Assembly (NCBI GenBank): GCA_965248055.1
Contig: CBDFIJ010000004.1
Coordinates: forward strand, 1,600,001 to 1,664,000
Source of the DNA: Candidatus Multivoradales bacterium
GTDB taxonomy: Bacteria > Acidobacteriota > Thermoanaerobaculia > Multivoradales > JAHEKO01
Direction: 5' to 3'
DNA length: 64,000 bases
In this document: positions 31,809 through 41,039 of the stretch, one piece after another
How positions within the stretch are numbered: position 1 is the first letter of the stretch
Layout: every line of letters starts with the position of its first letter
Position numbers and translations under genes: made by a program
Notes under the pieces: model-generated
What the model saw: only the letters and a program-made list of their open reading frames with translations
Databases searched by the model: none
What the model was told of the DNA's origin: nothing

Positions 31809-34280
31809 CTAGTCCGCCAAAGAAACGATGGTAGCGCCATTTCCACCTTCTGCGGCAGCCGCTGGCTCCGCCTCGGCGACCACTGGGTTTCGGCGAACAA
31901 AATCTCGAACCGCTTTGCGCAGGCGCCCGGTTCCATGGCCGTGAATCACGCGCACCCGATCTAGCCCTTGGCTATGAGCTCTAACCAGATAGTCATCCAA
32001 TACTTCAAGAGCCTCGTCCACGGTGTACCCAAGCAGATGAAGCTCTGTTGATTCTTGCTTCTGCGGCTTATGACTCTTAACCGTGACCACCGCCGGTTCG
32101 TCAATCACCGTTAGATCCGCCTGCGGAATCCAAATTTTCTTTCCCCCAGCAGCTACTTGCACTTCCTTGCCCTTGGCCGCGATCACCGTACCACTCCATG
32201 ACAGCACCCGATGGCGCACTCGATCACCGATTTCCACCGGGGAACTCGACGGTAGATCAATCTTCGGTTGATCCTTGATCGCCTGAGCCAGGATTTTCCC
32301 GCGCTCAGCTTTCGAAATTCTTTTCGTCGAACTCTCGACCTCACGCCCAAGTTCCTCCAGCCGCCGATCGATGCGGCGCAATGCTTGGCGCTCAAAGTCG
32401 TCCTGCTGCCGTCGCAGTTGGACCCCAAACTCCTCCTTACTTCGAGCTGCTGCGGCGTGCTCGTCCGCTAGCTTCTTCTGTTCCTGCTCGGCGGCGCGAA
32501 GCAGTCTGCCGAGTTCGACTTTGCGACGTTGCAACTCGTTTCTTTCGACTTCCAGGGCATCCATCATCTTGGACAACGACACTCGTTCGCTGCCGACCAG
32601 TTCTTCCGCGCGCTGCAGCCAAGCCTCGGGGAGGCCGAGTCTGCGCGCCAGATCCAACGCGTGGCTTTCCCCCGGCGGTCCGGGGACCAATTGGAACGTC
32701 GGTTCACCGGACCGAGGATCAAAAGCCATCGCCGCAGTTGAACCCTGTGGGTGCTCCGCAGCAAAGGTGGCAATGGCGATCAGATGGGTGGTAACCACCA
32801 CCGTCGCTTGACGCGTGGACAACTCCTCCAACAGCGCGACTGCCAACGCACTGCCTTCTTCCGGATCGGTACCCGATCCCAGTTCATCGATGACGATCAA
32901 ACTCCGAAGCGAGGCTCGTTCCCAGGCATTCCGCAGTCTCTCCAACCTCCCCGAGAAGGTTGACTTGGCGGTCATTAGATCCTGGTCATCCCCGACGATC
33001 GCCCCAACGTGCTCGAACAAAGGCAATGCGGCGAATTTTGCTGGCAGAGGTACGCCGGATTGGTTGAGCACCGCCGCCAAGCCAACCGTCTTGATCGCGA
33101 CCGTTTTGCCTCCCGCGTTGGGTCCGGTGATCACCAGGAGTCGGTGTTCACGCTCAATGGCGATCGACAGCGGTTCCGACGCTCCAATGTGGGTTTTTTC
33201 GAATAGTCGCCGTCGGCTTTTCTCAAACCGAGGGTCGAGTAGTGGGTGGCTAAATTGTTCCAACCGAAGATCCGAGGAAACCTCAGCCCAACATCCTTCG
33301 GTCAAGCCACGCCAACGAGCAATCGCTTCGATGCCATCCACTTGACCCAACCACTCCAGAGTCTGCAGTAGCTCCTGTCGATGGGAAACCACGAAGTCCA
33401 AGATTTCTCGCAGAATGCGCCGCTTCTCTTGCTCGACACCGATCGAGGTCTGGCGCAACTTATTGTTGGCCTCAACCACGGCCAAGGGTTCCAGGTACAC
33501 GCTGTGCCCGGAGCCCGAGGAGCCGTGGCGAACCCCCTCGGAGGCCTCCGCTGAGGTCGCACGCACCAGAACTGTCATACGCCCTTCGCGTAGAGAAACC
33601 GTGTCGTCAACGGTGTCGGCTTGCCCCCGGGCATAGCTCTCCAATTGCTGTCGCAGGCCGGAGCGCTGGGTGCGCGCAGAGGCAACCAAAGAGGCCAATT
33701 TGGGCGTCGCTTGATCGTCGACCTCGCCCCGCTGGTCCAAAACCTTAAGAGTCTCTCGACTCCAGGTTCCCAGGTCGGCAAGCTGGCGGCTGCTGGCTAC
33801 AATCGATACCGTGGAACTGGCTTCACCAACTCGGCGTATCACGCCCTCTGCCATGTCGATTCCCTGCGCCAGTTGCCGAGCCTGCACCCCGTCCACCGAT
33901 GGTTGGGATCGCCTGAGACTGTCTCTGATCTCCACCAGACCACTGGAGGAGACAACCAGTCGCTGATCGGCCGTCAGCTCGCCGATCACCTCGACGTCAG
34001 ATCGACGAGCCCCAAGTGCTTCTTCGCTCGCCGTGGGAGCCAACGCCGCAACCCAAACGTGCCCAAGATCGGTAGCGCAAAGACTTCCGATCAACTTCAG
34101 CACACGCTCGGTTTCAAGCGCGCCTTGGGTCGCCGACGAGCAAGTTGGCGCCAATAACTCCTCTGGGTCCAATTCCTCTGAGTCCAATCCAGCGGAGTCC
34201 AGTTCTGCCGAGTGCAGCTCTAGCGATTGCGGTTCTGCAGAATTCCAGGGATCCATGAGTAACTCAAAGGGGGTGGCCAT
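31809..34280 (-). CDS. mutS2: MutS2 (ATPase plus Smr domain)
   Basis: GPNAGGKT, STFS, DELGSGTDP, TTH; Smr IHGHGTGRLR. Confidence 0.93.
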   Translation of the reverse strand: MATPFELLMDPWNSAEPQSLELHSAELDSAGLDSEELDPEELLAPTCSSATQGALETERVLKLIGSLCATDLGHVWVAALAPTASEEALGARRSDVEVIGELTADQRLVVSSSGLVEIRDSLRRSQPSVDGVQARQLAQGIDMAEGVIRRVGEASSTVSIVASSRQLADLGTWSRETLKVLDQRGEVDDQATPKLASLVASARTQRSGLRQQLESYARGQADTVDDTVSLREGRMTVLVRATSAEASEGVRHGSSGSGHSVYLEPLAVVEANNKLRQTSIGVEQEKRRILREILDFVVSHRQELLQTLEWLGQVDGIEAIARWRGLTEGCWAEVSSDLRLEQFSHPLLDPRFEKSRRRLFEKTHIGASEPLSIAIEREHRLLVITGPNAGGKTVAIKTVGLAAVLNQSGVPLPAKFAALPLFEHVGAIVGDDQDLMTAKSTFSGRLERLRNAWERASLRSLIVIDELGSGTDPEEGSALAVALLEELSTRQATVVVTTHLIAIATFAAEHPQGSTAAMAFDPRSGEPTFQLVPGPPGESHALDLARRLGLPEAWLQRAEELVGSERVSLSKMMDALEVERNELQRRKVELGRLLRAAEQEQKKLADEHAAAARSKEEFGVQLRRQQDDFERQALRRIDRRLEELGREVESSTKRISKAERGKILAQAIKDQPKIDLPSSSPVEIGDRVRHRVLSWSGTVIAAKGKEVQVAAGGKKIWIPQADLTVIDEPAVVTVKSHKPQKQESTELHLLGYTVDEALEVLDDYLVRAHSQGLDRVRVIHGHGTGRLRKAVRDFVRRNPVVAEAEPAAAAEGGNGATIVSLAD
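34161..34250 (-). repeat. Degenerate 15-bp in-frame tandem repeat in mutS2
   Basis: Encodes PWNSA-EPQSL-ELHSA-ELDSA-GLDSE-ELDPE. Confidence 0.75.
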
Positions 34281-34296
34281 TCGGCCAACTCAGACG

Positions 34297-34325
34297 AAAA
34301 AGGGCGGTCGACCAGCGACCGCCCT
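34297..34325 (-). terminator. Intrinsic terminator after rpsU
   Basis: AGGGCGGTCG-CTGGT-CGACCGCCCT followed by TTTT. Confidence 0.85.
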
Positions 34326-34354
34326 GACAAAGCAAATTCGGATTTGATCCGGAT

Positions 34355-34564
34355 TCAACGCAAGCCCATACGCCGTTCTTCCGCCATGCGGCGCAAGATT
34401 TTCTTGCGCGTCTGAATTGCTTGACGCTTGCGTTTGATGCTCGGCTTTTCAAAATGTTGACGTTTTTTGAGCTCGGTCAAAATCCCAGCTTTCTCACACT
34501 TGCGCTTGAAGCGCCTCAGTGCTGACTCAAAACTCTCGTCGTCACGAACTTGTACCGAAGGCAT
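34355..34564 (-). CDS. rpsU: 30S ribosomal protein S21
   Basis: ESFESALRRFKR...EKPS. Confidence 0.97.
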   Translation of the reverse strand: MPSVQVRDDESFESALRRFKRKCEKAGILTELKKRQHFEKPSIKRKRQAIQTRKKILRRMAEERRMGLR

Positions 34565-34711
34565 CGTTAGAAATCACCTCACTTTTGATAGCCGGTTAAT
34601 CACGACCGGTACTTGGCGGTAAAACACCTAGTGGCCGTTGCCCGCACAGAATACCCAAGCGGGCCGCATAGTTTCTAAGAAGCCAGCCGCCGTGTCAACG
34701 GCGGAACCGAC

Positions 34712-35464
34712 TTACGAACCGGTCTGAACGTCGAAATCGGTCTTGTAGACCCGTAATTCTCCCCTGCGAGTCTCAAAATACACGCCAGCGATGCCTTCTT
34801 CCCTGCGGTAAAACCAAGCCTCCACATTACGGTCGGCATATTCCTTCCGATTATGGGGATTGACAGTTCCCAAGATCGACCTGACTTCCTCGGGGCTCAT
34901 TCCATTGCGCACCAACGCAAAACGTTCTTGGTCCATGTATTGCTTGGCTTTTGCGTCTTCGAGCGCCGCGTTCAACTCCGGATTGTCAATCGGCAGCGCA
35001 GCCGCAACTTGCTCCATGATTTGAATCGCCCGTGCGTAGTCTCCAGCTTTGTCGATGTACTCCTGGGCAACCAGCATGTCCTCGTGCTGTTTGGTCAACA
35101 TGGCATCTCGGACAACCCCTTCAGGCTCTTCACCGACCAGCAAGCCGGCGCTGTTAATCAGCTCGGTAGCCTTGGAACCCACCTCATCGGAGAGAGCGGT
35201 TGCCTCTTCGACCAGAGCATCGCGCTGGGCTACCAACGCAGCCATCGCCTCCTCGGTAACGTCCTCGGCGGCATTGGCAATCTGGTCCTTAGCACCGCTG
35301 AGTTCTGCGCGTTTGGTTTCGAGCGCGGTCTTGGCTTCCGTCAGTGCTTGCTCAAATACCGCCAAGTTGGCGTCACTATCGCCCGCCTCTGAGGCACAAG
35401 CGATCGGAATGATGATTAAGACTAGGCATAAAGCCCAACTTGCCCTACGATGAGTCCACAGCAT
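34712..35464 (-). CDS. Lipoprotein with coiled coil and C-terminal SmpA/BamE-like domain
   Basis: Lipobox PIAC; GMSPEEVRSILG...WFY; SD GGAGG. Confidence 0.7.
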   Translation of the reverse strand: MLWTHRRASWALCLVLIIIPIACASEAGDSDANLAVFEQALTEAKTALETKRAELSGAKDQIANAAEDVTEEAMAALVAQRDALVEEATALSDEVGSKATELINSAGLLVGEEPEGVVRDAMLTKQHEDMLVAQEYIDKAGDYARAIQIMEQVAAALPIDNPELNAALEDAKAKQYMDQERFALVRNGMSPEEVRSILGTVNPHNRKEYADRNVEAWFYRREEGIAGVYFETRRGELRVYKTDFDVQTGS

Positions 35465-35569
35465 GTATGCTACCTCCGGTCTTTCAGTCGATACTCTGGG
35501 GCGTTACTTACGCCCGTCTAAACTCCGTTGTACGCCCGTACAACCTACGGGCACCGGTACAACGAACAC

Positions 35570-35598
35570 ACCGTAACACTGGATCTACCTAGACTCAA
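35570..35598 (-). promoter_or_regulatory. Putative sigma70 promoter for the lipoprotein gene
   Basis: TTGAGT-17 nt-TACGGT with TGn extension. Confidence 0.5.
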
Positions 35599-35601
35599 GA
35601 G

Positions 35602-37806
35602 ATGCCAATCACGTCCCCAACCATGGACCGCCAGCCAGTATTCGGCCTACGCCGTGTCTCGGTCGGGGTGCTGTGTATTGTGGCAGCAGCTTTGGTTGGA
35701 CCCAACACAGATCAAGGACTGGCGCAAAGCGCGGCTTCCACGGATCTCAGCAAACCCACACTTTTCTCACCCTCGACACAACAGCAACTCGACGCACTCG
35801 AATGCCACACCGAGAGCTTGACGTCGGACCCTGGGAACCCAGAGCGGAGAGTTTGGGCTGGCTTGGCTTTGGCCCAATGCGACCTCACCGAGCAGGCGGT
35901 AGAGCTACTCAGCACCCCTACCCCAACCCTCGATCAGATCGATCACTGGCGGTTTGTTGTCTGGGCAGAGTCGTTGCTCGCGCTCAATCGTGGCGGCGAC
36001 CTAGCCGCTGATTTCGTCAACCGCCCGACCTGGGTCCAGGACCAGCTAAGGGCGCCCTATGCTCGCTATCTTTCGCAGCACGACCCAGCGCGATTTTGGC
36101 TCCAGTACCAACCCCAGCTTCTGAACCTGACTGCCAACGACGCTACCGAAGTTGATGAGATGGCGTGGGAGCTCGCTGTCGGGCCCAGCGAGCAACAACG
36201 GCGCAAGCGGATCGCCCTGCGCCTTCTGATTCACTCTCCGGTTCAAGCCTCGCTGCTCAAGGTCGTTGAAACATTGCGCCACCCGGACGGCCTGATTCCC
36301 TGGCCCCGGCTGCTGAGCGCCGACTCGTTGACCCTACGCGCCGAGAATTTGATCGAATCGGGAATTCCCCAGGGAGCTTTGGTTGCGCTCGATGAGGTCG
36401 GGGTAAGTCAACGCGATGACCGCTGGCGACTTGCCCGCGCTCGCGCCTTGACTCTCAATCGTCAGGGAGCCCAAGCGTGGACGCTCCTCGAACCGCTGGT
36501 CGCCAACGGCGAGCAACAGCAGCTGTCCCTCTTGTGGGCTCGCGCGGATGCCGCCCTCGACGCATCCAAGGTTCGCCGCGGTCGTACTAATCTTGGAAGT
36601 ACCATGCGAGCGGTGATGCGCGACCGTGGCCACCATCAATTGGATTTGATCGCGGCCACGTCACCCGATCTCACCGAACAGGCCAATTCCATTCGCCGAC
36701 GCATTGCCGATCTCGACGACGATGATTCGGTCGAAGAAGTGACCTCCCTAACCATGAGCTTGGCGCAACTCGATCCGACCGATGTCTCTGCGGAGCGATG
36801 GCTGTGGGCACGAGGTTGGAAGCAGTATCAAGCACGCAACTGGACTGGAGCAGCGGATACCTGGCGTCAATTGTTGGATATCTATCCACGCGGACGCCAA
36901 ACCGACCGCGCATGGTACTGGCTGGCCAAAGCACATAGCCACCTTGGCAACCGGGAGCGCGCCCAGGAACTGTGGCTGAATCTTGCCAGTTCTCCGGTTG
37001 ACCACTACTACGCACAGCGAGCCCGAGAGCAGATAACAGCGCCCGTGACTCCTCGTGGCGAGCGCTTTGATCCCGATCCTCTGCCGGATGCTCCGCAATT
37101 CCGCTTGGCCAACTGGTTCGCCAGGGCCGGTCTTTCTGCGCTGGCTCGTCGGGAACTGGAACGACAAACCGGGGTTCCAGATCACCCTGTCGGCCACGTT
37201 CTTCTTGCCCGCATCGAAAGTGATTTAGGGAATCACCGCACCAGCATTCAGCATATTTGGCGCGCCTACAAGGGACTTGGAACCGCCCAGGAATCGACCG
37301 CACCCCGGTTCGCCCACGAGCTCTATTACCCACGCGAGTTTGAACAGCCGGTGGTACGTCAAGCGAGTCGTGTCCGGCTGGACCCCAAGCTGGTGTGGGC
37401 AATGATCCGCCAAGAAAGTGCGTTTGACGTCGCGGCTCGCAGTCGCGCTGGCGCCCGAGGTCTGATGCAACTGATGCCAGGCACCGCCCGCGAGCAAGCG
37501 CGCATGCTCGGAATGCGATATTCACAGACCAATCTGCACGATCCCGACTACAACATCCGCCTCGGCAGTAGTTATTTTCGCCGGGTCTTGGACATGTTTG
37601 ACGGCCGCTTGGAATTGGCATTGGCAGGCTACAACTCCGGTCCCTACCGAATGAAGAAATGGGTCAACGCAGCTGGCACCGGGTTGCAACTCGATTCGTT
37701 CATCGAAGAGCTTCCGTTCGAGGAAACCCGAACCTACGTTCGCCGCGTTGTGCAATTCAAAGGTAGCTATCAAACCCTCTATCCAGAGATCGAAACCGGC
37801 AGCTAA
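35602..37806 (+). CDS. slt: Soluble lytic transglycosylase with TPR region
   Basis: IRQESAF, ARGLMQLMP, AGYNSG, ETRTYV. Confidence 0.92.
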   Translation: MPITSPTMDRQPVFGLRRVSVGVLCIVAAALVGPNTDQGLAQSAASTDLSKPTLFSPSTQQQLDALECHTESLTSDPGNPERRVWAGLALAQCDLTEQAVELLSTPTPTLDQIDHWRFVVWAESLLALNRGGDLAADFVNRPTWVQDQLRAPYARYLSQHDPARFWLQYQPQLLNLTANDATEVDEMAWELAVGPSEQQRRKRIALRLLIHSPVQASLLKVVETLRHPDGLIPWPRLLSADSLTLRAENLIESGIPQGALVALDEVGVSQRDDRWRLARARALTLNRQGAQAWTLLEPLVANGEQQQLSLLWARADAALDASKVRRGRTNLGSTMRAVMRDRGHHQLDLIAATSPDLTEQANSIRRRIADLDDDDSVEEVTSLTMSLAQLDPTDVSAERWLWARGWKQYQARNWTGAADTWRQLLDIYPRGRQTDRAWYWLAKAHSHLGNRERAQELWLNLASSPVDHYYAQRAREQITAPVTPRGERFDPDPLPDAPQFRLANWFARAGLSALARRELERQTGVPDHPVGHVLLARIESDLGNHRTSIQHIWRAYKGLGTAQESTAPRFAHELYYPREFEQPVVRQASRVRLDPKLVWAMIRQESAFDVAARSRAGARGLMQLMPGTAREQARMLGMRYSQTNLHDPDYNIRLGSSYFRRVLDMFDGRLELALAGYNSGPYRMKKWVNAAGTGLQLDSFIEELPFEETRTYVRRVVQFKGSYQTLYPEIETGS

Positions 37807-37882
37807 CCTTGCGGTTCTACTCGGTCTACAAGTTGGTATACTTTCGCCCCATTTCGCCATTTTTTCGAGTGGCGGAGGAGCC

Positions 37883-37958
37883 GGGTCCATAGCTCAGCGG
37901 TTAGAGCATCCGGCTCATAACCGGACGGTCCCTGGTTCGAATCCAGGTGGACCCACCA
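37883..37958 (+). tRNA. tRNA with CAT anticodon, probably tRNA-Ile2 (lysidine)
   Basis: GGGTCCATAGCTCAGCGGTTAGAGCA-TCCGGCT CAT AACCGGA-GGTTCGAATCC...ACCA; paired 1-72, resembles Ile2 rather than fMet. Confidence 0.92.
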
Positions 37959-38080
37959 AGCGGCGCAAGCATGCGACAGATAACTCAAATCAACCACTGC
38001 TCAACGGCCAAGCCAGACTTTCAACAGAACGTTGACCAGCCACCTTACAAGGTGGCTGTTTTGTTTTCAGGAGGAATATC

Positions 38081-38863
38081 GTGAACCATCTTGTAGACGC
38101 AGTTGTCGCCTTACAAACGGCCGTAGACGAGTTGGCTCAGGTCGAGGACACACTGGAGAATTTGCCCTCATCGATGCGCGAAGTTCATCAGCGCTACAGC
38201 GAGAGCAAGGCGGTGATCGATGAGATCAAAGCCCGCATCGAGGCTGCCAACCTGGAACGACGCCAAGCGGAGATCGACGCCACCGACTCACAAGCCAAGC
38301 TTGAGCAACTCCAAGCGCAGATTAGAGAGGTAAAAACGCAGCGCGAATACGGGGCGATCCTGGCCGAAACCGACTTGGCAACCGAGAGCAAGAACTCCGC
38401 TGAAGAGACCGCTCTCGCTTCGTTGGAAATCATCGAAGGCGCAGAATCGGAACTCACGCCTCTGATTGAATCTTTCAAAGAGGTTGCCGACGAGTATCGC
38501 GAACACGAAAAATCCTGGAAGGCCGAAAAACCTACCATTGAAGCACGCAAAGTCGAGTTGACGGGAATGCTTGAAGTCCTGCGGGAAGAGCTTCCCAACC
38601 AAACGCGGCTTCGATTTGAGCGAACCTTGCAGCACACCCAAGGCCATGCGATGTCCTCTGTGGTGGAAGTTGATCGCACGCGCGGAGCGGACATGTGGGC
38701 GTGCAGCAATTGTAGCTATCGCATTCGACCGCAAGCCGTGGTGGAAATTCGCACTCAGGGAAAGCTGCTTCAATGCGACGGCTGCCGACGCTTCTTGTAT
38801 ATCGCTGAGGTTCCAGTTGTTGAGGACGCGCCCGCAGAAGACGCGGTCGAGGTCGAGTCCTGA
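38081..38863 (+). CDS. Coiled-coil C4 zinc-ribbon protein (DUF164/CT398-like)
   Basis: Long coiled coil, CSNC...CDGCRRFLY. Confidence 0.88.
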   Translation: MNHLVDAVVALQTAVDELAQVEDTLENLPSSMREVHQRYSESKAVIDEIKARIEAANLERRQAEIDATDSQAKLEQLQAQIREVKTQREYGAILAETDLATESKNSAEETALASLEIIEGAESELTPLIESFKEVADEYREHEKSWKAEKPTIEARKVELTGMLEVLREELPNQTRLRFERTLQHTQGHAMSSVVEVDRTRGADMWACSNCSYRIRPQAVVEIRTQGKLLQCDGCRRFLYIAEVPVVEDAPAEDAVEVES

Positions 38864-38865
38864 CC

Positions 38866-39309
38866 TTGGCACAAGCCTGGATTGACGGGGGTGCTCGCGG
38901 CAACCCCGGCGAAGCTGGGTTCGGGGTTTGGTTCAAGAATCCCTCCGGCACAGAAGAGATCTGCGGCTATCTTGGGCAGACAACCAACAACGTCGCCGAA
39001 TACTCTGCCGCAATCGCCGCACTGTCTTACGCTCGAGAAACCGGAGTCGAACAACTGCACGTTTTTAGCGATAGCCAGTTGTTGGTGCGCCAAGTTCTGG
39101 GCGAGTACCGAGTTAAAGCAGCGCACTTGGTGCCACTGTTCTTGAAGGTCTTAGCTTTACGGCGCGAACTCAGTGTTTTTTCGATTGAGCACGTTCCGCG
39201 GGAGCAAAATAAGGATGCTGATCGACTGGCCAACCTGGCGATTGATCAGAAATCCCCATTGCCCGCCTGGCTGCAACCAAACCCGCTGTCGCTGATTGAC
39301 GGTGGCTGA
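38866..39309 (+). CDS. Ribonuclease HI family (archaeal-like type)
   Basis: DGGARGNPG, NNVAEY, DSQL, HVPREQNKDADRLAN. Confidence 0.92.
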   Translation: MAQAWIDGGARGNPGEAGFGVWFKNPSGTEEICGYLGQTTNNVAEYSAAIAALSYARETGVEQLHVFSDSQLLVRQVLGEYRVKAAHLVPLFLKVLALRRELSVFSIEHVPREQNKDADRLANLAIDQKSPLPAWLQPNPLSLIDGG

Positions 39310-39991
39310 CTTTCTCAGCCGCGTCGGCGCCATCCAACAACGCGTTGCGGACGCCGCGATCCGTAGCGGTCGAACTGCGCCGGAGGTCACTCTGATCGGC
39401 GCTTCCAAGCGGCAGCCGGTGGAAACAGTTCGCGCGGTCGCTGAAGCGGGTGTGGTCCATCTGGGCGAGAATCGAGTCCAGGAGTGCGAGCAAAAACAGC
39501 CCAGCCTGCCGAGCGCTATTGAGTGGCACCTGATTGGCCCGCTGCAAAGCAACAAGGTGAACTTGGCGCTCGATTTGTTTGACGTCATCCAAACCGTAGA
39601 TCGCGTCAAGATAGCCGAGCGCTTGCAGCGCCGTGCCGCTCAATTGGGGCGCGTAGTGCCGATATTTATCGAGGTCAACCTGGGGAACGAACCGTCCAAA
39701 CATGGATTCGCGCCCAAAGACTTAGACGCCCTGGTGGATCACCTTCCCTCTTGGGACCATCTCGCGGTTCAAGGTTTGATGGCGATCCCACCGTTCACCG
39801 GATCAGCAGAGGCAAGTCGTCCGTGGTTCCACAACCTTCGGCAACAGAGAGATCGCTTGTTTGAAACGACGCATCTGCAATCTGCGCCGGGATACCTTTC
39901 GATGGGCATGAGCAGTGACTTTGAAGTGGCGATCGAAGAGGGTGCGACCCACGTGCGAGTGGGCACCGCGTTGTTTGGAACCCGGGCATGA
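39296..39991 (+). CDS. yggS: PLP homeostasis protein YggS
   Basis: GENRVQE, WHLIGPLQSNK, SMGMSSDF, VRVGTALFG. Confidence 0.95.
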   Translation: MTVADFLSRVGAIQQRVADAAIRSGRTAPEVTLIGASKRQPVETVRAVAEAGVVHLGENRVQECEQKQPSLPSAIEWHLIGPLQSNKVNLALDLFDVIQTVDRVKIAERLQRRAAQLGRVVPIFIEVNLGNEPSKHGFAPKDLDALVDHLPSWDHLAVQGLMAIPPFTGSAEASRPWFHNLRQQRDRLFETTHLQSAPGYLSMGMSSDFEVAIEEGATHVRVGTALFGTRA

Positions 39992-40287
39992 CTTGGCCTG
40001 CACCCGGTCACCGGCTGTTTCCAGATCTCGACCTCGCGATAGACAGCGACTTGCCAGTCCGAAACCTAATCTGGGAACGGCTATTGGAAGACGGAACGCG
40101 GGAAGATCTGTGCGCTTGGTTCCATCAGACCCCGCCCAACGAATCGGTCGAGTGGTTGCGCGCCAAAGGAGATCGACTGTCGTCACGCAGCTATTCATTT
40201 TGGCGTTGGCTGCTCGACGTCGACCAGAGCCTGGCCGCTCGTCAGCAAAACCCCTACTGGCCGGATACTGAAAACGGGCGACTCTGA
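39988..40287 (+). CDS. Small DUF6922-like protein, putative antitoxin
   Basis: IWERLLEDGTREDL..LSSRSYSFW; coupled upstream of AbiEii gene. Confidence 0.65.
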   Translation: MTWPAPGHRLFPDLDLAIDSDLPVRNLIWERLLEDGTREDLCAWFHQTPPNESVEWLRAKGDRLSSRSYSFWRWLLDVDQSLAARQQNPYWPDTENGRL

Positions 40288-41039
40288 TGAACCTCCAAAC
40301 ATACGCTGGAACACTTTCAAAACCGCTCAACTCCTGGCTCGGGCGATTGTCCGACCCCTCGTTGGGTCCAGACCTGAGTGACGATTTCTACCTAGCCGGG
40401 TCTGCCGCGATCGCACTCCATTGTCAACATCGAGAAGTCTGGGATCTGGACTTGATGAGTCCAGCACGGCGCCTGACGAGTGCGGAGCGACGGGATCTCC
40501 TGCAAGCTCTCATGGCTCGCGATTCGGCGCTGCGGGTGGAAACCGCCCGCGATGGCTACCTTTCGCTGCGCGCCGGCGACAATACTGGGATTCGTTTTTT
40601 CTACTACCCCTATCCCGTGGTTGCACCGACCGGCGAATGGCAAGGTTGCGAAATCGCCTCTCGCCTCGATCTGGCGTTAATGAAACTGGCAGCGATCATT
40701 TCGCGCGGTACCAAGAAAGATTTCGTGGATCTATTCTTGTTACTCAACGATTGGCCGTCAGCGGGCCAGCCGCCGGGGGAAGGAGTCATAGAAAGCGACC
40801 GGCCCTTGGGGCAAGCTTTGCCACAGGTCTTGGAGCAAGCACCATCCAAATTTGGACACGTCCTCGACTTCCCTTGGCAAGCGTTAAAAGCGCTGGGCGA
40901 TCGAGGACGCGCCGACTCTGAGCCGATGCCGCCGCTCACCACCGCGCTGGGTTGGGATCAGGTTGAAGGTTGGTTGGATGGTCCGGTGCGCGCCTACGCG
41001 CAACGCCAGGTAGGCTTAGGCGGCGAGTCGTCCCTATGA
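40287..41039 (+). CDS. AbiEii/AbiGii nucleotidyltransferase
   Basis: FYLAGSAAIAL, HR...DLD, MKLAAIISRGTKKDFVDL. Confidence 0.85.
   Translation: MNLQTYAGTLSKPLNSWLGRLSDPSLGPDLSDDFYLAGSAAIALHCQHREVWDLDLMSPARRLTSAERRDLLQALMARDSALRVETARDGYLSLRAGDNTGIRFFYYPYPVVAPTGEWQGCEIASRLDLALMKLAAIISRGTKKDFVDLFLLLNDWPSAGQPPGEGVIESDRPLGQALPQVLEQAPSKFGHVLDFPWQALKALGDRGRADSEPMPPLTTALGWDQVEGWLDGPVRAYAQRQVGLGGESSL

Noticed and set aside
36671-37621. 316-aa antisense ORF within slt
   Set aside because: No motifs; typical shadow ORF in GC-rich DNA.
28132-37958. tRNA-anchored genomic island
   Set aside because: No integrase or duplicated tRNA 3' end; only core genes lie between the tRNAs.
37960-38080. RNase P RNA, often found near zinc-ribbon/RNase H genes
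   Set aside because: The spacer is too short and lacks the GAGGAAAGTCC signature.
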